Shown: piece by piece, positions 53,234-64,000 of the stretch
Layout of the letters: every line of letters starts with the position of its first letter
Position numbering within the stretch: the first letter of the stretch is position 1
Assembly (NCBI GenBank): GCA_951406725.2
Contig: OX597820.1
Span: 113,212,001-113,276,000, forward strand
Direction: 5' to 3'
DNA length: 64,000 bases
DNA from: Octopus vulgaris
Taxonomy: Eukaryota
Program-made: the position numbers and the translations under genes
Notes under the pieces: model-generated
Databases searched by the model: none
What the model was told of the DNA's origin: nothing
The model's input: only the letters and a program-made list of their open reading frames with translations

Positions 53234-53968
53234 TATGTACATATAAATGAATACGCAATGCCTGTGTCTATGTGTGTGCATGTGTGCATGCGCATGTATG
53301 TGAGTGTTTGCGCGCACGCATGTTCGTGCATATATTTGTGTGTCTGTGTGTCGGCGTGTACGACCATGTACAGATGCGCACACTCACAGCAATACAGACA
53401 TGCACGCAAAACTATATCAGCGCGTCTGCAAACGCATATATACAACTATATATTTGCACATACCGCTTCTTCCTACTCCCCCCCCCCCCCACAACAACAA
53501 CAACCCGACCGATTTCCTGCACACCATGCGGTCGGCTTCCTGTTCAACATGCAGTATTTTTCAACTAACTGTTACCGATATGCCAACATCAAAACCACGA
53601 CACCGCGTCATCTTCTTCGAGCATCGCAGCCGATACGCTAATAACAATCAACTTTTGTCATTCAAATTCAAAATGGCTGAAGACTAGCATCACGCTTGAA
53701 ACCCAAGTGTACTAACGAATTTGAATCAAGCTGCTTTGATCCATACATGTAACTCTCAATAAATTTATTGAGTGCCCTTGTTTTGTTTGTCTACACATTC
53801 GTCCATATATTGTTCCAGACCGTGTTGAGCGTCATTCGCATCACGCTTGAAACCCAAGTGTACTAACGAATTTGAATCAAGCTGCTTTGATCCATACATG
53901 TAACTCTCAATAAATTTATTGAGTGCCCTTGTTTTGTTTGTCCACAATAAATATATTCTTGTTGTCAT

Positions 53969-54011
<43 letters not shown>

Positions 54012-55065
54012 GTGGAAAATCAGTGTGTGTTTGTTTGTGGTATTGTTAGCTAACTCCTCCGACATCGTTTCATTGATTTTGTTGAAACTTGACACGTGAG
54101 TAGAACTCATGTCTGGAAACCTCGTGACATACTTAGATTGTTGAAAGATCAATAATAGGGCCTCTGGAAGGGACCTTTATATCGACCTCATATAACACCC
54201 AAGAGAAATAACCCAAAACACCTGTACAATATTTTTTGTAACACTCAAGGGAAATAACCTACTTCATCGTTTCTGTTCGATTATTTCCAATATTTGATTT
54301 TTTTGTATGTCCTATTTCTAATTTTTGCAGACAATATCACTTTTATACTTTATTTGACGCGTGAGTAGAACTCATGTCTAGAAACCTCGTGACATACTTA
54401 GGTTGTTGAAAAAAATCGATAATAGGGCTCTTCCAATGGATCCTTCTATCTACTACATATTACTAATATTTAAACTACCCAAGGGAAATAACCCATACCA
54501 CCTTCAGATTTTAGCGAAGCGATCAATATTTAATTCTCACGATCAGCCGACCTAATTCTTCATTTCACTACTCACAGTTTTGAACTGCTAAACATTATTA
54601 TTGTACTTCCTTAATTTGAATCTTAAACATTAAAGACTTCATTCATACATTTCTATACATACTTTTTTGAATAATTCTACATTTTTAAAGTTATCAGTAG
54701 ATAAATATTTTATTCCACAACGTATTTGTAGTGGCTCCATGCAGGCATAGCGTGGATTCGATCCTCGATTGCCAACTTTCGCTTAACACTTCAACAGCGC
54801 TTTTCTCACGGTAAAACAATAGCTTTTTCTGTGAATGACAGTAGTTATACATTCCCCAAATGCTTTTGCTAAGCAGAATAATATCTTTGCCTCTCGCCAA
54901 CCTCCAACAATCTCTCCCTCATCCAGCTGGCAGCTGTTTGTATTTTTTCGTGACCAAAAATACACCTTTTGTGACAGTTATAACAAAATTGCTTTCTTAT
55001 ATCAGAGTAATAAGGCGTTTCAATAGAACATCTTTACCCCCGGGAATTACCGGGTACACCAGCTA

Positions 55066-55066
<1 letters not shown>
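53969..55066 (+). mobile_element. Non-autonomous Helitron (~1.1 kb)
   Basis: TC(TA)n-like start. 3' hairpin ACCCCCGGGAATTACCGGGT followed by CTAG|T. Internal direct repeat at ~54089 and ~54354. The 5' boundary is uncertain. Confidence 0.7.
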
Positions 55067-55104
<38 letters not shown>

Positions 55105-55157
55105 TTATGTTTTCCAGTTTCAGCTCTTGAGCTGAAACTGGAAAAGGGGCGCCGCCA

Positions 55158-55233
55158 TTGTGGTGAAAGAGTACAGCAGGGATCACCACCCCCTGCCGGA
55201 GCCTCGTATGGCTTTTAGGTGTTTTCGCTCAAT
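55158..55233 (-). mobile_element. Internal fragment of a family A SINE
   Basis: Reverse complement of about 3998-4073. Confidence 0.8.
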
Positions 55234-55251
55234 GCCTCCACTAAAAGTATG

Positions 55252-55301
55252 CGTCGCCGATAGGATCCGAACCTATGCGGGGAGACCCCAATGGATTTCC
55301 A
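55252..55301 (-). pseudogene. tRNA-Ser 3'-half pseudogene
   Basis: Minus strand GAAATCCATTGGGGTCTCCCCGCATAGGTTCGGATCCTATCGGCGACG matches the metazoan tRNA-Ser anticodon 3' strand, long variable arm and T arm. The 5' half is absent. Confidence 0.8.
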
Positions 55302-56119
55302 TATATATATATATATAAAACAGTAGGCTATGAAAGGTGAAATATTTTCAGTAAAAAAAGACGTGTATTTCATATTGTTTGTTCTCAATTCTTAATTTAT
55401 GCAAATTTGAGATAATTCTCCTTGAACAAAAGTCCTTCCATTGTCTCTCATTTTCACTCTTGTATTTCTTTGTATTAAAATATCAAGGTCTAATTAAAGG
55501 TACATCTGACAACTTCAACTTGAGTTTTGCTTGAGTTTTCAGTTTTATAAGAACAACAGATGATACCATAAGTATTCTTTATTTCCTGGGCAACTGTGAC
55601 GGATAGCTTTCAATAACGCAACAAACAGATTAACTTTAGTTAAAGAACGATAGTTTCTTCAATTGTGGTTAATTTTAATTTGATGTGGCGTCCATTATTT
55701 CATTGAAGTGTTGATAGTAAATTTGACAACACTTTAGCCATATTTCCGTGATGTATCCAACTCCACGACTTCTCATTTGCCTCATCCTTTTTCATCATAT
55801 ATTTTGTAAATTTAAATCTAAACTTTCAATAATGAAAGTACTTAAAGACCGGAAGTATTCGATGATGAAATTATTTAAATTTTCTATTATGTCTTCTAAA
55901 TCCTTCAATAGTTTAAGGTTGATGACAATAAATCGATGAGACGTGAACGTTAGCTATAAACATTTAGTTACAAGTTCTATTTATTTATTTGTTTTTCTAA
56001 CTTATGTGCTTTCTTATATCCTTATGTTGGTGGTTTCTCGTTTGATTGATGAAAAGCCCAGGTATTTCGTCTTCTAATGCAGTCCTCAATTTGGGGCCTT
56101 ATGGCCAATAAAAGAAATT

Positions 56120-57760
56120 ATTATTTTTATGTTTTAAAAACTCACAGCTTATTTTGCTGGGTATGATGGAAAGTGTCAGCTGTCCACAACCAGCAAACTA
56201 AAGTGACACTTGGTTACTGGTCTGCAAAGAATTCTTGCAGTTCCAAGCAATGCTGATTTTTGCAGGTGTACTACCTTCACACTTGCATCAATCATTTTTA
56301 GCCATGTTGGTAGTTAACTGCTAGTACTTCCAAGTGACCCAATTACTATTGATATCACATCTACTCTCCTCATTGACCACAACCTTCGTATTTCCCACTT
56401 CGAATCGTCAGAATTGTTTATATTTTTCTTCTTTCACATTGATCCTGTTGTCACCGGGGCATGCTCTGTCGATTATCATGCATGTTCTTTCATTTCTATT
56501 CACAACAATGCCCGGTTTCCAATGTCTGGTCAGGTGTTCACACTGGATCATTGTATCTCACAAGATTTTGCAATTCTCATTTTCGGTGACTCCTTCTGGG
56601 GTTTGCTCATACCACATCTTTGCTCTTTGTAGGCCATGATTTCCACAGAGTTCCCAACGGATCATTCTTGCCACATTCTCATGGAGTCTTTTATATTCGA
56701 GTTGTGCAAATTTCGGTCACTCGCTAACAATGTGGCATACCGTTTCATCACCCTCACCACATATTCTGCATTTGTCGCTGTCAGTAGTGTTGTCTATTCT
56801 GCACTTCACATATTTGATCCTTAACGCTTGTTCTTCAGCTGCGCATGAATGCTTCTGTTTCTATCTTCAGGTCACAACTCCTCATCCATAGCCACCGGTC
56901 CTCTGTATCTGTCTTGGCGTTCACATCTCTTGCAAACTGACCGTACATTTTTTCCTTCCATACTTTTTCTTTTTTGTGTTCATTTCTTGTTTTAAATTTT
57001 TCTTTCATTACACAATTTTCAGATTTGATGACGCCAACCTTCTTCGTATGTTTTAACAATGGCTCCACAGCATTTTTTTATATACCACCCTAAGATATTT
57101 TCCTCTCCTGGAAACTGATCAACCCCCTTCCATCCTTTATTTTGGACAAGCACCGCCTATCAGTGTCACTTTTAGGGTGGAAGACTCCGTGTACTGTCAA
57201 AATTTTTCTGGTTTTGGTGTCCATTTTAATCACTTCTCTCTTTTGCCATTTTATAATTACCGCTCAATACCGAAGTGATGCTATTGCCCATGTATTAACT
57301 GCTTGGATTTTATTCCATCCAGTCAATTTTGAGCGCAACACCAACCTTACTCTTTGGAAATGCTTTGTCAGTTGCTCTTTCATTTCCTTCTCCATTATCT
57401 CGTTGGACTCTAGTACACCAAGATATTGTAGCTTTCCGTTTTAATTTCTTTAATGAAGTCTCTATTCGGTAAGTATATCCCTGCTAGGAACTGTACCTCG
57501 CCACTTTTTAGGTAGATTATTCCGCACTTCTTCAGTCCAAATTCCATTCTAATATCAGTGCTAAAACAGTGGACCGTGTTCAGCAAGGAACTCACTTGTG
57601 TCTCATACTAGCCATACAGTTTCAAATCATCTCCGATGACGAGGTAGTTGATTGTTTGGGATTTCCCCTTTAGTAGGTAACCCAGGTTCATTTTCCTAAG
57701 AACCAAAGTCAGGGGTGTCATGCAGAGAACAAAAAGCAACGGAGATAATCCCTCTTCGGA
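56120..57760 (-). mobile_element. Decayed R4/Dong-clade LINE, 3' part
   Basis: LLFVLCMTPL, DDLKLY, FSTDIRMEFGLKKC, NKIQAVNTWA, HPKSDTDR, DLKIETEAF, LQKSALLGTARIL. Confidence 0.88.
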
Positions 57761-57879
57761 CACCCAGAGGGCTTAAGCTTTTTCCGTAAGATATCAGTTT
57801 AGTTTTCCACTCTACCATAATTCTCTTCAGGAAACACGTTACATTCCATACAATTCCTAACAGATTTATTATTATTATT

Positions 57880-58322
57880 GAGTGAGAGAGCAGTGCATGT
57901 CATCAAAGTGACACTGGGGTAAAATATACGAAGCCCAGTATACCCATCATGACTACCCGTCTGATAAGGGTACACCAGGCACATGCATCACAACCATATG
58001 TGCGCGACATGGTGATCTCATATCAAGATAAACAGCACATGACCTTGCAGGTGGGGCCCAGTTAGAATTTTCTTCAGGTTGAGTAGCCCATCCCGCTCAA
58101 GCGGTCCCTGAATAAGGGTTGTTTAAGGACGTTGAAAGAACCACCCATGTTTCCAGAGGTGAATTATTCAAACCCCAAAGAATCCCTCTCAACACATGGC
58201 TATGATGCTCCCCCACTACTTCTGCTCGTGATCAGAGATGCACATATCGTCAGCCACTAAGGGACATGCTCAACTGGTTAAGGTCAAACAACTGACTAGC
58301 AAATCTATGGTATTGAGCAGAA

Positions 58323-58325
<3 letters not shown>
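57880..58325 (-). mobile_element. Second copy of the (AAT)n-embedded retroposon
   Basis: Reverse complement of 21425-21787 with an extra ~80 bp; (ATT)n on both sides. Confidence 0.85.
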
Positions 58326-58406
<81 letters not shown>

Positions 58407-58447
58407 TATTATTATTATTATTATTATTGTTGTTGTTGTTGTTGTTG

Positions 58448-58481
<34 letters not shown>

Positions 58482-58482
<1 letters not shown>

Positions 58483-60756
58483 TACATATACATTCAACAG
58501 ATTAGACTGTTGGAAAAGAAAAAATCCTAACATCGAGCACGTAAGCTTAGATGACAAGACTCCTCCTATAGTGTTACAACAAGTAACCAAAGATACCAAA
58601 ACCCTTCCTAAGTACCCTAGCTGTCCCTAATACCACTGTTTTCTGGAGCTGTACTAAGCTGGATTTTATGCTTACCTCCTATATCCATCTGTTCAAATCT
58701 TTATGGATAGTTCCCAATGCACCTATGAATATTAGAATAAAATTTACGTGCATTTTCCATACCCTCTGTAATTCAATAGCTAGGTCCTGGTACTTTGCTA
58801 TTTTTTCTATACTTCTCATATTAATGCTCTCATCATTTGGGACTGTAAAGTCAATTATCTAGCATTTTCTATCCTCTCTATCTACTACTATCAAATCAGG
58901 CATTCTATCTTCTATTGCTCTGTCAGTCTGAATGTTATAGTCCCACAACATCTTATATTTCTTACTTTCTAGTACTTTATTAGGTTCATATTCATACCAT
59001 TTATCATTCAAATCCTAGCTCTCTACACAGCTCTCAGTGGATTACTCTCCCTAGATTGTCATGTCTTTTCTTGTATTCTTTCTGTACCAGCATGCTACAT
59101 TCACTTACTATGTGAGTAACGCTTTCCTCTTTTTATTTGCATAATCTACATTGAGAATCTACTTGGCTTTTGTCAATTTTGGCTTTTATCCAATTAGTCC
59201 TTAATGCTTAATCTTGTGCAGCTACTAACAACCTTTCTGCCTCCCTCTTCAGCTTTCCTTTCTGCAATCATGACCATGTCTCACTACTACTATTTACTGA
59301 AAATATCATTAGGAATCTGATTCCCTAGATTCGAACCATTTAGGTTTGACTTCATTAGCTTCCTCACACTTCTGATATACTCCTTCTCAATTTCCGTTTC
59401 CATTTCTGTAGTTAGTACCCTGTCAGATTCTAATACGCCTAAATACTTATAACTCTCTCCTTCTTTCAATGATTTTCATGTCAGGCCATCTGGTAATTGG
59501 ATGCCTTCGCTGTTGACTACATGTCCCTTTCTCATCTCTTATTATAAAAGGCAGATTTTATCTGCCTCCCTTTGGGAGTTATACAAATCTACAATATAGG
59601 ATTTCTTCAATTACAATTTACCAAAAACTTCAGATCATCTATATAGAGTAAATGGGTAATTTTTCCATTACTATTTCTGAAATGATTCCCTGCCTTTGCC
59701 TTCCTTAATACTTAACTGAGGGGGATAAAATATAAGACAAATATTAAAGGGAACAACGAGGCCCCTTGGAAAATTCCTCTTTTGATATTAACTTTTCCTA
59801 CGAGTGTGTCACCTGAGTAGAGATCTACTTTTTTCATGCTAAAGCTAATTTGTCTTTCTAGTTTTTTCTTAATTTAGAACTGCTTTGTCTATACATAACA
59901 GATCATGCGCTCCTCTAGCCTTCTTCTTGCAACATTTCTCTTCTTCTGGCCGTAAATTCTGGTTGTCAAAACTCGTAAATGTTTACTTAAAGCATTCCTG
60001 TTAAAAGCTTTCATACTAATGGTAAGCAAGTGATTGGTCTATAGTTGCTAGCTGTATTATTACTCTTGCTCTTATCATTCATAATGAGTATTGTCCTCCC
60101 TCTAGTTATCCAATCTAGTATTATTCCTCCATTAAGGCAATCTTGAAGGTGTTCCCTCAGCCTCCCATATAAACTACTGAATTTCTATAGCCTACAGTAA
60201 GGCGGTGAGCTGGCAGAAACGTTAGTGCGCCAGGCGAAATGCTTGTTCGTATTACGTCTGCCGTTACGTTCTGAGTTCAAATTCCGCCGGGGTCGACTTT
60301 GCCTTCCATCCTTTCGAGGTCGATAAATAAAGTACCAGTTACGCACTGGGGTCGATGTAGTCGACTTAATCCCTTTGTCTGTCCTTGTTTGTCCCCTCTA
60401 TGTTTAGTCCCTTGTGGGCAATAAAGAAATATCTATAGCCTACACTTTTGAACTAAATCTGGTCCTGGGTCCTTCCAATTCGGCATTTTTCCTATCACTT
60501 TACTCAGTTATACCTAGATCTGACTGCTCCTCACTCACTACTTCTTCCCTCACTTTCTTTAACCACACTGCATCTCCATTATGATTGACTGGTTTATCCC
60601 AAATATTACTCCAGAACTTTCTAGCTTCCTCTGCATTAGGTTTCTCATCTTTAGTACTTCGTACTCCACTATTCATTTGGTTCTAAAATCCCCTCTTTTC
60701 TATCTCAAATAATCTATTTTGTCGAAACTGATCTATTCTTTTCCGATATCTGGAAA

Positions 60757-60758
<2 letters not shown>
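58482..60758 (-). mobile_element. Second decayed R4/Dong-clade LINE bounded by (AAT)n arrays
   Basis: ISRYRKRIDQFRQNRLF, PNWKDPGPD, NYRPITCLPLV, RGIFQG, YKYLGVLE and LGTARVLRK on the minus strand. Confidence 0.85.
60197..60431 (+). mobile_element. Family B SINE with 13-bp TSD inserted in the LINE
   Basis: TCTATAGCCTACA at 60184-60196 and 60432-60444. Confidence 0.95.
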
Positions 60759-61299
<541 letters not shown>

Positions 61300-61301
61300 T
61301 A

Positions 61302-61435
61302 AGGCGGTGGTCTGATAGAATCGTTAGGACGCCTAGCGAAATGTCTGGTGGTATTTCGTCCATCGTCACAATCTGAGTTCAAATTCCGCCGAGCTCGACT
61401 TTGCATCTCATCATTTCCGGGTCGATTATATAAGG
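61302..61435 (+). mobile_element. Diverged family B SINE 5' part
   Basis: GGCGGTGGTCTGATAGAATCGTTAG...GAGTTCAAATTCCGCCGAG. Confidence 0.75.
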
Positions 61436-63489
61436 TCACATAATGATCATCAGCAATAAGAAGAAAGACAAACTTCAGTTTCCAGAGCATATCTACCAAA
61501 GCCCAAGGGATGGCGAGGGAAATATATTAGGGGTAGAGGGAGAACACACCGCGTTCCGTTAACTGTGTCAGTCTGTAGTACCATATCATCATCATGTGAT
61601 GATGTGGTAATAATACTTGTGGATGTCAACCTGCTATCTTGAAGGATAAAAGTGAAAAAATTCCGAAATAAAAACAGCATTAAAAAAACCGATGACGGGA
61701 ATATTTCTTTCAAAGAATCAATGATACATGTGGAAAAAGAATGAAATAAAATTTACTGTTCTTCGAAGATTAAAGAAACTAAGATAAAATTACGTATTTG
61801 TGTTGTCACGGACTTTTCGAGGGAGCTACAATGATACTAAAATGGTTAGATTCAGAATATAAGTAACATGCAAATGATAAATTATTATTAAAATTAAGAC
61901 ATAACAAAGAACTTCAGAGAATACACTGAAAATTTTGGTGTTTTTCAAATCAAGTATAAAAAATGCTTACCGGTGCATTTGGTAGCACTCGCACACATTT
62001 TGACAAACGGTGAGTAAAGGTGAGAGTATTTGTCATGCTCGGTTTCTTTTTAATTATATCTTGTTTAATTATTGTGCATTTTATTGCTTACTTCTGCGTA
62101 ACAAAACACTAACGAACGGATCAAGTATATTATTATTCGAAAGATGAAACGGGAGTTAACGGCAGACATAAGATCAAAAAAGCAATTTAAAAAGCACAGG
62201 AAGCAGGTAGATGAGATGAATGTGCTGCGTTACCAGAACCCAGGAATCTCTTTGGGGATACATATGGAAGCAGTAGTAGTTTGACTATTAACAATGTTTA
62301 ATTTAATAATTGCTTTATTCGAAATCGCATATAGTTTTGATGAAGAGACGTTCTTTTCCTATATTTTTCGTGTTTTGTTTAAATGTAACATTTGCTTGTA
62401 TATGTGCGTAATTTTGAAGAATTTCTGTTCACCGATTCTCTTTATAAAATGTATATAGAATTGTTTTTAAACAGCATTAATCCTTTTAATAATATAATTA
62501 TAATTTAGAAATATCGCTTATATTTATTCTTTCACGTTTTATCTTGAAAATATTATATTGGAATATACGAGAACAATGAGAATCTAAACACATTTAGTTG
62601 ACGCCATAAACATTTTGAATTCGAATAACACCAAAAACTTGTTTATTTTTGTGTTCACAGGTCTTCAACACATTGGAGTGCATACTTTGTAGTTCAGGTG
62701 CAAAGCTAAAAACATTAAAAAAATTATATTAAGCAATTCAGCAAAAATTAAATGAAAATCATTTGTTTGATTAGAAAACCCAAAAATAATGACTCGGGAA
62801 AATGTTTCTTTATTGATTTGCTTTCAATACTAGGGAAAGAATGAATGAATTTAAAATCAATATCCTTTTAGATATCCGTTTGATAAAAGGTAGTTTAGAT
62901 ACTTACTTAACAAAACGTATTCTACGTATTGGTTTAATATATATATATATATACACATAGAGAGAGAGAGAGACAGAGAGAGTACATTCAAACACAAAAG
63001 AGATACCCAAAGAATAAGATATCTGACTCACTAGAAAGAGCAGTTAAACTCCAAGTCACTAATTGTTGTAATTCCGAAAGTGATTGAAAAATAAAAACTT
63101 TTACCTTAATCCTAGACCCTGCAATGTTTCTGCAAACATAAATACAATATTTTTCTCTGAATAATGTATAGTCTATTGACTAATTTTTTCCCTTCTCGCT
63201 GGACCACTGGTAACTAAGAATCTTTTCGATAAATGTTCTTGCTACCCTAAAATTTTAATTCATGATATATATATATATACATATGTTATGCATATATTCG
63301 TTCCATGTATTTATAGTACCTTGAGCATATATCCATACCATACATCTTTCACCGTATGCATACATACTGATACAGTGACCTTTTTAGGTAGATCGTAGGC
63401 CAAATCTGTCCCCTTTTTTATGGGAAAATAAAGTTAAGGACATATTTTTTCTACCTTATGTGAATTCTTTGAGTTGAGTATTGGTAGTA

Positions 63490-64000
63490 GCCGAAGTGAA
63501 GCTTCGAATGGTAAAAAGCAAAAACTGGAAAGGAAAGAGATATCCAGCTGTTACGGAGGATATCAAAATTTATAAAATGTATCAGAGCGAAATACCTGAG
63601 TGTCGATGGCGTATCAGTGTCTTTTCAATGAGTCGCAAATGAAACTGATGCTAGTCTTGTGTCAGTGATTGTGAGAATCGCTGAAGGTGAAGATTGGAAT
63701 GGTGTTGACATTTCAGAAAGTAGAACTTGTTGCTGTGGTACCATTATTCAAAACCATATTATTCTAAGTAAAAACAGAAGTGGATGGAGAATTGAAAATA
63801 AATGAAATAGAATGTAAAGATACTGATATGGGATTGTGGACTTCATACAACAGAAGAAATGCATGAATAGTGGACCAATAAACAGAGTGATGATTGTAGA
63901 AATTCAGGTGCAGAATACAGCAAAAATAGGGCGGAAACTGGGGAAGGTTACGGTCGACATTACACAATGAAATTATTTGTTATTCAGTAGAATTCATTCA
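63490..64000 (+). pseudogene. Possible decayed hAT (ZMYM1/Tip100-like) transposase N-terminus
   Basis: Broken frames DTDMGLW...W.NKQSDDCRN...YSKNR...R...KLF loosely resemble hAT N-termini. Weak. Confidence 0.2.

Larger units (their letters stand above)
49963..53945 (+). mobile_element. Full-span decayed Penelope-like retroelement (Hydra-clade-like) with pseudo-LTRs
   Basis: Broken ORF 50683-52800: YSLRNIQIP, RRMRWKA, KDH..NF...PKCRLIN, FDISMGSFDGAE, LYRDDGL, DFLDVTL, KIIWYN, VKVSYSC, CNCRNPTICPLHGSC. Direct repeats at ~50160-50659 and ~53320-53838; inverted partial copy at 49963-50075. Confidence 0.92.

Noticed and set aside
55500-56000. Possible decayed coding sequence on the minus strand (also 6050-6360 and 23900-24080)
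   Set aside because: No recognisable motif; cannot be classified without a search.

Overview
AT-rich, microsatellite-saturated eukaryotic DNA that is intronic or intergenic. The SINE families and repeat landscape resemble an octopus/coleoid cephalopod genome (inferred from recognised repeats, not from a search). No host protein-coding gene can be called with confidence; nearly all listed ORFs are simple-repeat artefacts. Recognisable mobile DNA: a young 5'-truncated CR1-group LINE with a nearly intact RT; decayed R4/Dong, RTE and Tx1-like LINEs; Tigger/pogo and mariner relics; hAT and Tc1 MITEs; two non-autonomous Helitrons; three SINE families. The most striking layer is Penelope-like (PLE) biology: four relics with Hydra-clade-type motifs (YRDDGL, CxCx5Cx5C linker, C-terminal endonuclease) and about 16 type I hammerhead-ribozyme motifs from several unrelated sequence families. 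These include four divergent fold-back pairs, a 562-nt-period non-coding tandem with two intact hammerheads (retrozyme/circular-RNA candidate), and an element with a tRNA-like head and a hammerhead tail. A covarying 3' stem-loop links the CR1 LINE to one SINE family. Coordinates were read by eye and are approximate at decayed ends.
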